Below, one piece after another: positions 30,907 to 40,564 of a stretch of DNA of 64,000 nt. Every line of letters begins with the position of its first letter. The stretch's first letter is position 1. The notes below the pieces were generated by a model. The model was not told the DNA's origin and searched no databases. It was given only the letters and a program-made list of their open reading frames with translations. This DNA is from Deltaproteobacteria bacterium (lineage in GTDB: Bacteria; Myxococcota; Kuafuiibacteriia; Kuafuiibacteriales; Kuafuiibacteriaceae), in assembly GCA_040218735.1 (NCBI GenBank), contig JAVJQW010000023.1:224001-288000 (forward strand), written 5' to 3'. A program made the translations under genes and the position numbers.

Positions 30907-32136
30907 TCAGTGCCAGACGCCAAGTGACAACAGGATGTTGGTGTAGCGGGGCGCGAGGTCGATCGCCCAGGTCGCGCGCCAGGGGATCACGAAATCGAAC
31001 AGGTGTACGTCCATGCCGGCCGTGACGTGGTGGCGGCCGTCCGTCTCCTGGAAGCGCGACGGCTCGTAGTAGTACCCGATCCGACCACGCATCCGGTCTT
31101 GCCAGAACTCGCTGTCGGCCCCGACGCGGAAGCTGACCGAGAGGTCTTCGCCGGCGGCCTGGAGGGTGTCGGTCGCCCAGGCTTCGAAGCCGGTCGCCTT
31201 GTCGCTCGCGCCGGTGAAGACGAGGTCGGCGGAGAGGGTCACGTAGCGCCGCGCGCGGTTCACGGCGGCGCGCCCCTGCACCCCGCCGAAGCTGCGGTTG
31301 TAGTTCTTCCAGCGCGGCCCGATCGTCCCGGAGGCGCCGAGCGTGACCTGCCACGGGACCTCCAGACCGCGCACCAGCGTCACGCCGGCCGGCGTCTGTT
31401 CCACGAGCACTTCGCGCTGGCCGTAGATCAGGCCGGTCGCGAACGAAGCACCGACTCGGAACGGCAGCCCCTCCGGTCTGTAGATCGCGCCGCCGGTGAA
31501 GCCGATTCCACTCAAACGAAGGAGGTCGACGTTCTCTTCGAGCGTCGCCAGCGCGAACTGCACGCCGCCGCCCACGACGAGCTGCCCGTTGAGGAAGTTG
31601 TAACCCGCCGTCGGGGCGATCTGATACGCGGTGTACGAACGCCCCTCGTCGAGGAAGCTGTAGCTCACCGCCGAAGCCGTGAAGCCGACGCCGAGCCGAC
31701 CGAAGTTCAGCGCGAGCGCGGTCGAGATCTCGGCGATGTCGTCACCGCCGCCGTCGTCGGTCGACAGGCCGTTGTTCTCGAGGTCGATCCGGAACGGGAC
31801 GACCTGCGTGAAGAAGCCATCGATCTCGAAGTCCCAGTCGAAGTACGTGTCCGGGTTGTACTCGTAGCGGTTCGCCACCGCCGCCGGGTTGAACTGCTGC
31901 GCGCCGGCCCCCGCCGCCATACTCGTGATGGCCCCCGCCATACCGACGATCTGCGCGGGCCCCGTGACCGGGCCGCGCGTCAGCTCGACCGCGTAGGACT
32001 CGTCGAGGGTCTGGGCCTGGGCCTGAGCGGTCGTCGCGAGGAAGACGGCGACGACGAGAGAGCCGATCCGGGCGGGGCGCACCCGCTTAGCCAACCCGAT
32101 GGCGAGCGGCTCGACAAGCCCCGAGCGCGCCGTCAC
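30907..32136 (-). CDS. Outer-membrane beta-barrel protein (FadL-like)
   Basis: GMAGA..FNPAA N-terminal motif; amphipathic strands; C-terminal aromatic residue. Confidence 0.65.
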   Translation of the reverse strand: MTARSGLVEPLAIGLAKRVRPARIGSLVVAVFLATTAQAQAQTLDESYAVELTRGPVTGPAQIVGMAGAITSMAAGAGAQQFNPAAVANRYEYNPDTYFDWDFEIDGFFTQVVPFRIDLENNGLSTDDGGGDDIAEISTALALNFGRLGVGFTASAVSYSFLDEGRSYTAYQIAPTAGYNFLNGQLVVGGGVQFALATLEENVDLLRLSGIGFTGGAIYRPEGLPFRVGASFATGLIYGQREVLVEQTPAGVTLVRGLEVPWQVTLGASGTIGPRWKNYNRSFGGVQGRAAVNRARRYVTLSADLVFTGASDKATGFEAWATDTLQAAGEDLSVSFRVGADSEFWQDRMRGRIGYYYEPSRFQETDGRHHVTAGMDVHLFDFVIPWRATWAIDLAPRYTNILLSLGVWH

Positions 32137-33032
32137 GTCCCGCGAATCTTGTCGGAGTAAGCGAGGATGGCCCGGACGTACTCGTCGTTCGGGTTGTACG
32201 CCCGAAACGCCTTCGCCCGAGCGTCACGGCTGTCACGTTTGTAGCCGTGCACCACGAGGTAGTTCGCCGTGCTCGCGACCGCGTCGGGGATGGTCGACAG
32301 ATCCACGACCCCGTCCGCGTCCCCGTCGACCGCCCACTTCAGGCTCGCCGGCATGAACTGGGTGATCCCGATGGCGCCCGCCCAGGACCCCTTGAAGCCG
32401 AGCGGGTCCATCTGACGGGAGCGCGCATACTTCAGGAGCGTCGCGAGGTTCTTCACCGCGTAGCGCACCCGCCGCTTCACCCGCTTGGCGTTCTTCTTCC
32501 GCGACACCGCGCCGGACTGGTCGAAGTCCCCGCGCGCCGCCGCCGCGTCGGCCATCTGCTGTAGGTAGGCCATGTTCGCGACGAAGACCTGGGCGACCAC
32601 GAACGACCCCTGCACCTCCCCGAACCGCGACTCGGTGTTCATCATCGCGAGGAGGTCCTCGATGCTGACCTGGTACTCTCTGCTGACCGCCTCCAACACC
32701 TTCGCGTGATCGACGCGGAACTTCCGTCCGAGCGCGAGGCGCGACTTCGAGGTGAGGATGCTCATCACGCTGCGCACACGTTTGTGCTGGCGCTTCGGCG
32801 ACAGGGGCGAGGCGTACTTCTCGACCCACTTCAGCTCTTTGCTCGTGACCTCGATGCGCTTCAGGAACGCGTCGACCTCGTCTTGGGTGAGCGTGATCCC
32901 CCCGCTCGACTTCTCGGGTTTCTTCGCCGCCGCGATCAGCGCCTTGTACTCCGGGGTCTTCTCGAACCACGCCACGTCGAAGGTCGGCGGCGGAGCCATA
33001 CTGAGGAGCCCGGCGAGCAGGGAAGGAATCAC
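32133..33032 (-). CDS. mltB: Lytic murein transglycosylase (MltB/SLT_2 family)
   Basis: TESRFG, GSWAGAIGITQFMP, DGDADG..DL, DAVASTANYL. Confidence 0.88.
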   Translation of the reverse strand: MIPSLLAGLLSMAPPPTFDVAWFEKTPEYKALIAAAKKPEKSSGGITLTQDEVDAFLKRIEVTSKELKWVEKYASPLSPKRQHKRVRSVMSILTSKSRLALGRKFRVDHAKVLEAVSREYQVSIEDLLAMMNTESRFGEVQGSFVVAQVFVANMAYLQQMADAAAARGDFDQSGAVSRKKNAKRVKRRVRYAVKNLATLLKYARSRQMDPLGFKGSWAGAIGITQFMPASLKWAVDGDADGVVDLSTIPDAVASTANYLVVHGYKRDSRDARAKAFRAYNPNDEYVRAILAYSDKIRGT

Positions 33033-33160
33033 GGCGTCACCATGATCCGCCGAGGATCCACGCGCAAGGGAGACCGCATGGTGGTGCGACGCGAACGTCC
33101 CGGGACGGATTCAAGCGCGCGCGAACGAATCCGATGACAAGGGCAGACGTGAGGCGTACG

Positions 33161-33541
33161 ATGCGCGCAGTGCGGCGTCTGTTCGCCAGCTTCTTGGCCC
33201 TGTGGGTGATCCTCGCGACGACGGGTGTCGACGCGACGGTCTACTTCTGCGCCGGGATGGGCGAGGTCAGCCAGCACCCCTGCTGCGCCGGCGACGAAGA
33301 ACCGGCAGGCCCCCGCATCGAGGAGCTCGGGCACCACGGCTGCTGCGCCGTCGCCTCGCTCGAGCAGGACGAACGCGCCACCGCCGCGCCCGACGCCCCC
33401 GCGGTGTCCTTCGTCGCGACGCCGGCGCTGATCTTCGCCCTCCCGCAGCCCGTACCCGCGCCCCTCGCGCGCTTCACGTACGCACGCGGTCCCCCCGGGG
33501 GCCCCCCCTTGTTCATCGAACATCGCGCCCTGCTGATCTGA
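33161..33541 (+). CDS. Cys-rich exported leader protein (HYC_CC_PP/DUF2946-like) with RGPP motif
   Basis: Hydrophobic N-terminus; YFC, CC, HHGCC; ARGPPGGPP..LLI; directly upstream of the cus operon. Confidence 0.7.
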   Translation: MRAVRRLFASFLALWVILATTGVDATVYFCAGMGEVSQHPCCAGDEEPAGPRIEELGHHGCCAVASLEQDERATAAPDAPAVSFVATPALIFALPQPVPAPLARFTYARGPPGGPPLFIEHRALLI

Positions 33542-33546
33542 AACGC

Positions 33547-33582
33547 CCTCCTTCGCGCACTTCTCTTCGCGACGAACGGAGG
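33547..33582 (+). promoter_or_regulatory. Hairpin sequestering the SD of the TolC-family gene
   Basis: CCTCC-TTCG-CGC (33547-33558) pairs with GCG-a-CGAA-c-GGAGG (33569-33582). Confidence 0.6.
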
Positions 33583-33587
33583 ACCCC

Positions 33588-34793
33588 ATGGTGTTCACCA
33601 CGATGGGCGCGGTCGTACTTGCGGCCGTCGCCACGTCGACCCCCACGCTGAGCCGCAGCGCGCTCATCGCACGGGTCGTCGACCAAAACCCGCGGCTTCG
33701 CGCCTCGGCCTCGGCCGAAGCACGAGCTCGCTTCGCCGCCGACGGCGCCGACGCCTGGCCCGACCCGATGGTCGCGTACCGGTTCTCGCCGCCGAGCATC
33801 TTCGACGACCGCGTCCGCTACGGGCAGGCGATCGACGTGCAGCAGCGCATCCCGTGGTTCGGGAAACGCGGACAGATGGAGGCAGCAGCGCGTGCGGAAG
33901 CGGACGGCGCGAAGGCGTCGACCGAAGCCCTCGCGCTCGACCTCGCGCTCGAGACCTCGCGGCTGTTCGACGAGGTCGCTTACGTCACGCGCGCGGAGTC
34001 GATCTTCGGGCAACACGTCGAGCTGCTCGAGACGCTCCGCGCCACAGCCGACGCACGCTACGCGACCGGCCAGGCGCTTCGGCAAGATGTCTTGCGCGCC
34101 GAGGCGGCGCTCCTCCATACGCGGCACCGCCTGATCGATCTCGCGAGCCAACGTGCCGTGCTCCTCGCGCGGCTCGACGCGCTGATGCACCGGGGCCCCA
34201 ACGCCGAGGCCCTCGTCCTCGACGGGGCGCCGCTCGCGGTCCTCCCCGGCGAACGGTCGACCGCCCCGGAGCTCCTGCGCATCGACGCGTCGCTTCGCAT
34301 GACGAGCGCGCAGGCGGAGTCGGCGCGGCTCGACTACTTCCCGGACCTCACCGTCGGCGGGACGTACAGCTCGATGTGGGCGCAGCTGTCGCACCGGTTC
34401 ATGGTCGGCGTCGGCGTGCAGATCCCGCTCGCGCTCGGTCGTCGCGAAGCCAAGGAGCAGGAGGTCGCCGCCGAACAGCAGCGCCTCGCCGAGCAACGCA
34501 AGGCCGTCGAAGACGACCTCGCCTACGCGCTCGACGCGGCCTCCACGCAGATGGCCGCCGCGAGACGCATCGTCGCGCTGTACGACGGTGAGCTGCTCGG
34601 CCTCGCGCGCGAGCGCGTCGCCGCCGCGCAGTCCGAGCTCGAGTCCGGGCTCGGGAGCTTCGCGGGCGTCATCGATGCGCAGCGCGAGCTCCTCACCCTG
34701 TCCTTGGAACGACACCGCGCCGAAGCGGACATGTCGATCGCCGCCGCGCGCGCGTGGCGTGCCGCCGGGATGATCCCCGGCGCGAAGGAGTAA
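33588..34793 (+). CDS. TolC-family outer membrane efflux protein (CusC-like)
   Basis: WPDP, QRIPWFGKR, DYFPD motifs; first gene of the RND operon. Confidence 0.88.
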   Translation: MVFTTMGAVVLAAVATSTPTLSRSALIARVVDQNPRLRASASAEARARFAADGADAWPDPMVAYRFSPPSIFDDRVRYGQAIDVQQRIPWFGKRGQMEAAARAEADGAKASTEALALDLALETSRLFDEVAYVTRAESIFGQHVELLETLRATADARYATGQALRQDVLRAEAALLHTRHRLIDLASQRAVLLARLDALMHRGPNAEALVLDGAPLAVLPGERSTAPELLRIDASLRMTSAQAESARLDYFPDLTVGGTYSSMWAQLSHRFMVGVGVQIPLALGRREAKEQEVAAEQQRLAEQRKAVEDDLAYALDAASTQMAAARRIVALYDGELLGLARERVAAAQSELESGLGSFAGVIDAQRELLTLSLERHRAEADMSIAAARAWRAAGMIPGAKE

Positions 34794-34796
34794 GCC

Positions 34797-35990
34797 ATGC
34801 GCTTCATCGTCCTCCTCTCGCTGCTCACCTCGTCCATCGCCTACGCCCAACCAGCGTCGCAGCCCGCGTCACGCCCCGCGTCGCAGCCCGCGCACGAAGG
34901 ACACGACCAAGTCGCGCACTACACGTGCCCGATGCACCCGTCCGTGAAGAGCGCGGAGCCGGGCAAGTGCCCGATCTGCGGGATGCCGTTGACCCCGGTG
35001 AAACAGTCCGAGCTGGAGACCGGCACCGTCGTCATCGACTCCGCGACGCGGAAGAACGTCGGCATCCGCACCGCCGAGGTCACCGTGCAGCCCATCACGC
35101 GCGAGCTGCGTGCCTTCGGCGACGTCGCGTACGACGAGGCGCGCCTCTTCGACGTCGCGCCACGCGTCCACGGGTGGGTCGTCGCGCTCGCCGCGCGTGT
35201 GTCCGGCCAACGGGTCTCGCGCGGGCAGGTCCTCTGCACGCTGTACAGCCCGGACGTGTACGCGGCGGAGCTGCAGCTGTTGGACGTCTTGGCGCGGGGG
35301 GCGGACCGTCGCTCCCTCGCGACGTTCGAACGGAAGCTGAGCCTCCTCGGCGTCGCGCAGCGCGACATCGAAGCGTTGAAGAAGCGCCGCACGCCCCACG
35401 AAGCGATCCCGATCCGCGCGCCCGCGAGCGGCTTCGTCATCGACAAGAACATCGTCGAGGGCACGCACGCCGACGCCGGGACGCGCCTCTTCCGCGTCGC
35501 CGCCCTCGACTCCGTCTGGCTCGAAGCACGTTTGTTCGAAGAGGACGCTTCGCTCGTCGCCGTCGGCCAGGAGGTGAAGGTCGAGCTCGCGCACGTCGCC
35601 GGCCCGGCAGCGACGGGGCGCGTGGTGCAGGTGCTCCCGTACCTCGACGGCGCGACCCGCAGCGTCGTCGCACGCGTCGCGCTCGACAACCCGGACGGCC
35701 ACTACAAACCGGGGATGTACGCGGACGCGACCTTCTCCATCCCCGTGGGCGAAGTGCTGCAGGTCCCCGAGGACGCCGTGTTGTTCGCCGGGCGGACGCG
35801 GTTGGTGTTCGTGGAGCGCGACGGAGATCGGCTCACCCCCGTCGAGGTCACGACGGGGCTTCGCGCGAACGGAAGGATCGAGATCCGCGAAGGGCTGAAA
35901 CCCGGCGACCGCGTCGTGGTGTCCGGCAACTTCCTCGTCGCCGCCGAGAGCCGGCTGCGTTCGGCGGCGCGGTACTGGAGCGACGAGTGA
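34797..35990 (+). CDS. cusB: CusB-type RND periplasmic adaptor with heavy-metal-binding domain
   Basis: YTCPMHP..PGKCPICGMPL; LYSPD; KPGMY; GLKPGDRVVVSGNFL. Confidence 0.9.
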   Translation: MRFIVLLSLLTSSIAYAQPASQPASRPASQPAHEGHDQVAHYTCPMHPSVKSAEPGKCPICGMPLTPVKQSELETGTVVIDSATRKNVGIRTAEVTVQPITRELRAFGDVAYDEARLFDVAPRVHGWVVALAARVSGQRVSRGQVLCTLYSPDVYAAELQLLDVLARGADRRSLATFERKLSLLGVAQRDIEALKKRRTPHEAIPIRAPASGFVIDKNIVEGTHADAGTRLFRVAALDSVWLEARLFEEDASLVAVGQEVKVELAHVAGPAATGRVVQVLPYLDGATRSVVARVALDNPDGHYKPGMYADATFSIPVGEVLQVPEDAVLFAGRTRLVFVERDGDRLTPVEVTTGLRANGRIEIREGLKPGDRVVVSGNFLVAAESRLRSAARYWSDE

Positions 35991-38900
35991 ATCGCCTCGT
36001 CGCTCGTTTGATCGAAGCGTGCGCGCGCGCGCCGTGGACGACGCTGTTGTTCGTCGCGGCGCTGCTCGTGTGGGCGGGGTACGCGATCCGTGACACGAAG
36101 CTCGACGCGATCCCGGACCTCTCGGATACGCAGGTGATCATCCTGACGGAGTGGCCGGGGCGGAGCCCGGATCTGGTGGAGGACCAGATCACGTACCCGC
36201 TCTCGTCGTCGTTGCTCGGTGCACCGAAGGTGAAGTTCGTGCGCGGGCAGTCGTTCTTCGGGCTGTCGTTCGTGTACGTCGTCTTCGAGGACGGCACCGA
36301 CCTGTACTGGGCGCGCAGCCGCATCGTCGAGTACATGGCGGGCGCGGCGTTGCCGGACGGCGTCACGCCGAAGCTCGGCCCCGACGCGACCGGCGTCGGC
36401 TGGGTCTTTCAGTACGCGCTGGTGGATCGCTCCGGCGAACACGACCTCGCCGCACTGCGCTCGCTGCAGGACTTCGACGTTCGCTACGCGCTGCAGAGCG
36501 TCCCGGGCGTCGCGGAGGTGGCGTCCGTCGGCGGATTCGTGAAGCAGTACCAGGTCACGCTCGACCCTGTTCGCCTGCAGGCCTTCGGCGTCTCCGTGCC
36601 CACCGTCGTGAAGGCGGTGCGCGCGTCGAACGCCGACGTCGGCGGACGCACCGTGGAGATCGCCGGCCACGAACACATGATCCGCGGCCGCGGCTACGTG
36701 AAGACCACCGAGGACCTCGAAGCGGTCGTCGTGAAGACCGGCGAGGACGGCACTCCGGTCACGATCGGTGAGCTGGGTCGCGTGGTGATCGGGCCCGACC
36801 AACGCCGCGGCGTCGCGGAGCTGAACGGCGAAGGCGAGGTCGTCGGTGGCATCGTCGTGATGCGCTACGGCGAAAACGCCCTCGCCACGATCGACCGCGT
36901 GAAGGCGCGCCTCGAATCGGTGCGCGCCGGGCTCCCGGACGGCGTCGAGCTCGAGGTCGTCTACGACCGCTCCGAGCTCATCGAGCGGGCGATCGACACC
37001 CTCGCGACGACGCTCCTCGAAGAGATGCTCGTGGTCGCGATCGTCATCTTCCTGTTCCTGCTCAGCCTGCGCAGCGCGGTGATCCCGATCGTCACCCTAC
37101 CCGTCGCCGTCGCGCTGGCGTTCATCCCGATGGCGGCGCAAGGGCTCACCGCCAACATCATGTCGCTCGGCGGGATCGCGGTCGCGATCGGCGCGATGGT
37201 CGACGCCTCGATCATCATCATCGAGAACGTCCACACCACCCTCGAAGGTCGAGAGCTGGAGGGCGAGGCACGTCGCGCGGCGGTGATCCGCGCGATGCAG
37301 GAGGTCGGACCGTCGATCTTCTTCTCACTGCTCGTGATCACGGTGTCGTTCATCCCCGTCTTCACGTTGCAGGCGACGGAGGGTCGGCTCTTCAAACCGC
37401 TCGCGTTCACGAAGACGTACGCGATGGGCTTCGCCGCGTTGATGGCGGTGACGCTCACGCCCGCACTCGTGGTGCTCCTCGTCCGGCGCGCGAAGTCCGC
37501 GAGCCGCCTCGAGCACCTCCTCGTCGCCCTGTACCGCCCCGTGGTTCGGTTCGTGGTGCGCCACCGCTTCGCGGTGGTGATCGTCGCCGTGCTGATCGTC
37601 GCCACGACCGTTCCTGTGTTCGCGCGGATCGGTTCGGAGTTCATGCCTCCGCTCGACGAGGGGGCGCTGCTGTACATGCCGACGTCCCCGCCCGGCATGT
37701 CGATCACCGAGGCCGCCAACGTGGTCCGGTCGATGAACCGCGAGCTGAAGAAGGTTCCGGAGGTCGTTTCGGTGTTCGGCAAGATGGGGCGCGCCGAGAC
37801 AGCGACGGATCCGGCACCGCTGTCGATGGCGGAGACGGTGATCGTGCTGAAGCCACGCGAGGCGTGGCGCCCCGGGCTCACGACCGACGCGTTGATCGAC
37901 GAGCTCGACGAACGAATGCGCTACCCCGGCATGCCCAACGTCTGGTGGATGCCGATCCAGACGCGCACCGAGATGCTCTCGACGGGCGTTCGCAGCCCGA
38001 TCGGCATCCAGATCTTCGGCGACGATCTGAAGACGATCGAAGACGCCGCCGTGCGGGTGGAGAAGGCGGTCGCCGAGATCGAAGGCACGCGGAGCGCCTT
38101 CGCCGAACGTTCGACCGGAGGGTTCTTCGTCGACTTCGAAGTGCGTCGGCGCGACGCCGCACGCTACGGCTTGTCGGTCGAGGACGTGAACACGATCGTG
38201 ACCTCCGCGATCGGCGGCATGAACGTCTCCCAGATCGTGGACGGCCGCGAGCGCTACCCGGTCAACGTGCGCTACGCGCGCGACTTCCGCGACACCCCGG
38301 ACGCGCTGGAGGAGGTCCTCGTCACCACCCCGTCCGGCGCGCACATCCCGATCTCCCAGGTCGCCGACGTCCACTTCCGCACCGGGCCGCCGATGATCCG
38401 CAGCGAGGCCGGCGCGCTCGTCGGTTTTGTGTTCGTCGATCCGGGCGACGTCCCGCTGCAGGACTACGTGGAGCGCGCGCAGGCCGTCGTCGCGGGGCTG
38501 GACCTCCCCGCGGGGGTGCGCGTCGGGTGGGCCGGGCAGTTCTCGCACCTCGAACGCGCGAAGGCGCAGCTGACGTTGGTGCTACCGCTGACGCTCTTCC
38601 TCGTCGTGCTGCTGTTGTACTGGAACACCGGCTCGCTCACCGAGACCGCGATCGTGTTGCTCGCGGTGCCGTTCTCGCTCGTCGGCGCGGTGTGGCTCCT
38701 GTTCGGGCTCGGCTACAACCTGAGCGTCGCGGTGTGGGTCGGGCTCATCGCGCTCGCCGGCCTCGACGCGGAGACCGGCGTCGTGATGCTGCTGTACTTG
38801 AAGCTCGCGTACCGCGATCGCCAGGACGGCGAGCCGCTCGTCGACGTCATCGAACGCGGCGCCGCCCACCGCGTGCGACCCAAGCTGATGACGGTGCTGA

Positions 38901-39106
38901 CCGGGATCGTGGGGCTCGTGCCGATCCTGTGGAGCACGGGGACCGGCTCCGACGTGATGCGCCGAATCGCCGCGCCGATGGTCGGGGGCTTGGTGACGTC
39001 GTTCCTGCTGGAGCTGACGGTGTACCCGGCGCTGTTCGCGATTTGGAAGGGGCGCGCTACAGCGTCGACGCCGAATCGATCAGGAAGCGACGCACCAGCT
39101 CCGTGA
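35987..39106 (+). CDS. cusA: CusA-family Cu/Ag RND permease
   Basis: LDAIPDLSDTQVII, ANIMSLGGIAVAIGAMVD, EFMPPLDEG, TDPAPLSM, RVRPKLMT; start moved to GTG 35987. Confidence 0.93.
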   Translation: MNRLVARLIEACARAPWTTLLFVAALLVWAGYAIRDTKLDAIPDLSDTQVIILTEWPGRSPDLVEDQITYPLSSSLLGAPKVKFVRGQSFFGLSFVYVVFEDGTDLYWARSRIVEYMAGAALPDGVTPKLGPDATGVGWVFQYALVDRSGEHDLAALRSLQDFDVRYALQSVPGVAEVASVGGFVKQYQVTLDPVRLQAFGVSVPTVVKAVRASNADVGGRTVEIAGHEHMIRGRGYVKTTEDLEAVVVKTGEDGTPVTIGELGRVVIGPDQRRGVAELNGEGEVVGGIVVMRYGENALATIDRVKARLESVRAGLPDGVELEVVYDRSELIERAIDTLATTLLEEMLVVAIVIFLFLLSLRSAVIPIVTLPVAVALAFIPMAAQGLTANIMSLGGIAVAIGAMVDASIIIIENVHTTLEGRELEGEARRAAVIRAMQEVGPSIFFSLLVITVSFIPVFTLQATEGRLFKPLAFTKTYAMGFAALMAVTLTPALVVLLVRRAKSASRLEHLLVALYRPVVRFVVRHRFAVVIVAVLIVATTVPVFARIGSEFMPPLDEGALLYMPTSPPGMSITEAANVVRSMNRELKKVPEVVSVFGKMGRAETATDPAPLSMAETVIVLKPREAWRPGLTTDALIDELDERMRYPGMPNVWWMPIQTRTEMLSTGVRSPIGIQIFGDDLKTIEDAAVRVEKAVAEIEGTRSAFAERSTGGFFVDFEVRRRDAARYGLSVEDVNTIVTSAIGGMNVSQIVDGRERYPVNVRYARDFRDTPDALEEVLVTTPSGAHIPISQVADVHFRTGPPMIRSEAGALVGFVFVDPGDVPLQDYVERAQAVVAGLDLPAGVRVGWAGQFSHLERAKAQLTLVLPLTLFLVVLLLYWNTGSLTETAIVLLAVPFSLVGAVWLLFGLGYNLSVAVWVGLIALAGLDAETGVVMLLYLKLAYRDRQDGEPLVDVIERGAAHRVRPKLMTVLTGIVGLVPILWSTGTGSDVMRRIAAPMVGGLVTSFLLELTVYPALFAIWKGRATASTPNRSGSDAPAP

Positions 39107-40487
39107 GATCGGAGTCCGCGAGGAGGCGCCCGACCTCTTCGTCGCTCGCCGGGCGTTGCTCGCGGCCGGTGATGAACGTGATCGGCGGATCCTTCGCCGC
39201 ATCGAACGCCATCTTCTCTTCGCCGTACGCGGAGACCTCCAGGTGCACGCTGTTGTACTGCGCGTTGTTGGACCGCGCGGCGATCACGACCTGGCTCTTG
39301 GGTTCGGCCGGGTGCGGGAGGCGAAGCTCCTGGCCGGCGAGGCACACCCCCTGGGTCTGGCGGATCAGCCCCAACAAATCCGGCGAGCGCAGCGCGCGAC
39401 GCGCCTCGGCGGTCTTCGTCCCGTAGACCGCGAGGTCGAGCTCGAACTTCCCCCGGTCGCCGATGTCAGGCGCGTAGGCGTAGTCGTCCCCGAGCAGGAC
39501 GCCGAGCTGCCGCGCGTACTCGAGGCGCTGATCGCGCTGCACGAGGAAGTCGCGGTTCATCTCGCGAAGGCGTTGAGGGATCGGGACGCGCCACTTGATC
39601 GCCCGCGCCAGCTCGACCGCGTTGTCGTCCGACGGCGCCTTGGCGAGCGCGCCGATCGCGTCATGGATCGCTTCGCTCCCGTCGACGAACGCGTCGAGGC
39701 GCTTCCGCGCCGCGGCGGGGAGCGGGAGCTGGTCGGCGGAGGGCAGACCGGCCGCGGCGAGCGCTCCTTCGAGGCGGGCCACGACCCCCTCGCGCGTGAC
39801 CGTCCCGTAGTTGCCCTTCACGTCGTCGGCGACGACGCGGGTGACCGCGTCGATGACCGCCTGGACGTCGGCGACCTTCGGCGACTTCCTGAGGTGCTTC
39901 GTGACGAGCATCTGCAGCTCGAGGCCCCCGGCGTTGCGCCCGGTCATCGCGCGGAGGCGAACCAGCGCGTTGCCCTCGAACTTCAGCCCCTGGTTCGTCA
40001 CCAGCGGGGCGATGAGCTCGGGCTGGACGTGGGACTTCTTGTCCTTCTCGAACGCGTCGACTTCGTCGTCGGTGATGACGCCGTCCGCCGTCATCACGTG
40101 CAGGTGATGCAACCCGACGAAGCGCTGCGCGAGCGCCTTCTCGACCTCCGCGCCGAAGGCCTCGACGAGCGTCTGCTGCCCGTCGGGCTCGACCCGGTCC
40201 GCAAACTCGTTCAGGAACGCGCCGATCTGTTGGCCGAAGACGGAGATCTCGAGGTTGGTGCCATCGAGCTCGCTCTTCGCGGCCTCGACGATGCGTTTGG
40301 CCGCGCTCGCGGTGAGCTTGGTCCCGTCGTCGACGAACTTCTGCAAGTCGTGTTGCAACCGTCCGGCGTTCGGCCGGAAACGGTGCCCACTCCTCAGCTC
40401 GGTCTGATACTCCCCCGGGTAACCGTGGTCGGGACCGACGAAGTGCTCGGTGCGGAATTGGAAGCGCGGTACGACCCCTGCCGACAT
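39057..40487 (-). CDS. Hypothetical protein
   Basis: Long ORF with GC3 bias and no recognised motif; start could be 40553. Confidence 0.7.
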   Translation of the reverse strand: MSAGVVPRFQFRTEHFVGPDHGYPGEYQTELRSGHRFRPNAGRLQHDLQKFVDDGTKLTASAAKRIVEAAKSELDGTNLEISVFGQQIGAFLNEFADRVEPDGQQTLVEAFGAEVEKALAQRFVGLHHLHVMTADGVITDDEVDAFEKDKKSHVQPELIAPLVTNQGLKFEGNALVRLRAMTGRNAGGLELQMLVTKHLRKSPKVADVQAVIDAVTRVVADDVKGNYGTVTREGVVARLEGALAAAGLPSADQLPLPAAARKRLDAFVDGSEAIHDAIGALAKAPSDDNAVELARAIKWRVPIPQRLREMNRDFLVQRDQRLEYARQLGVLLGDDYAYAPDIGDRGKFELDLAVYGTKTAEARRALRSPDLLGLIRQTQGVCLAGQELRLPHPAEPKSQVVIAARSNNAQYNSVHLEVSAYGEEKMAFDAAKDPPITFITGREQRPASDEEVGRLLADSDLTELVRRFLIDSASTL

Positions 40488-40564
40488 CTCGCTCGGAGTT
40501 ATCGCCGGCAGGTGTATGCGAGTTGCCGACCCCGGTCCTGCGGACCGGGACATTCGGCCCCGGC

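Noticed and set aside
34754-35986. 1450-aa CusA with an N-terminal extension
   Set aside because: The extension is an alternative frame over cusB; CusA homology starts at GTG 35987
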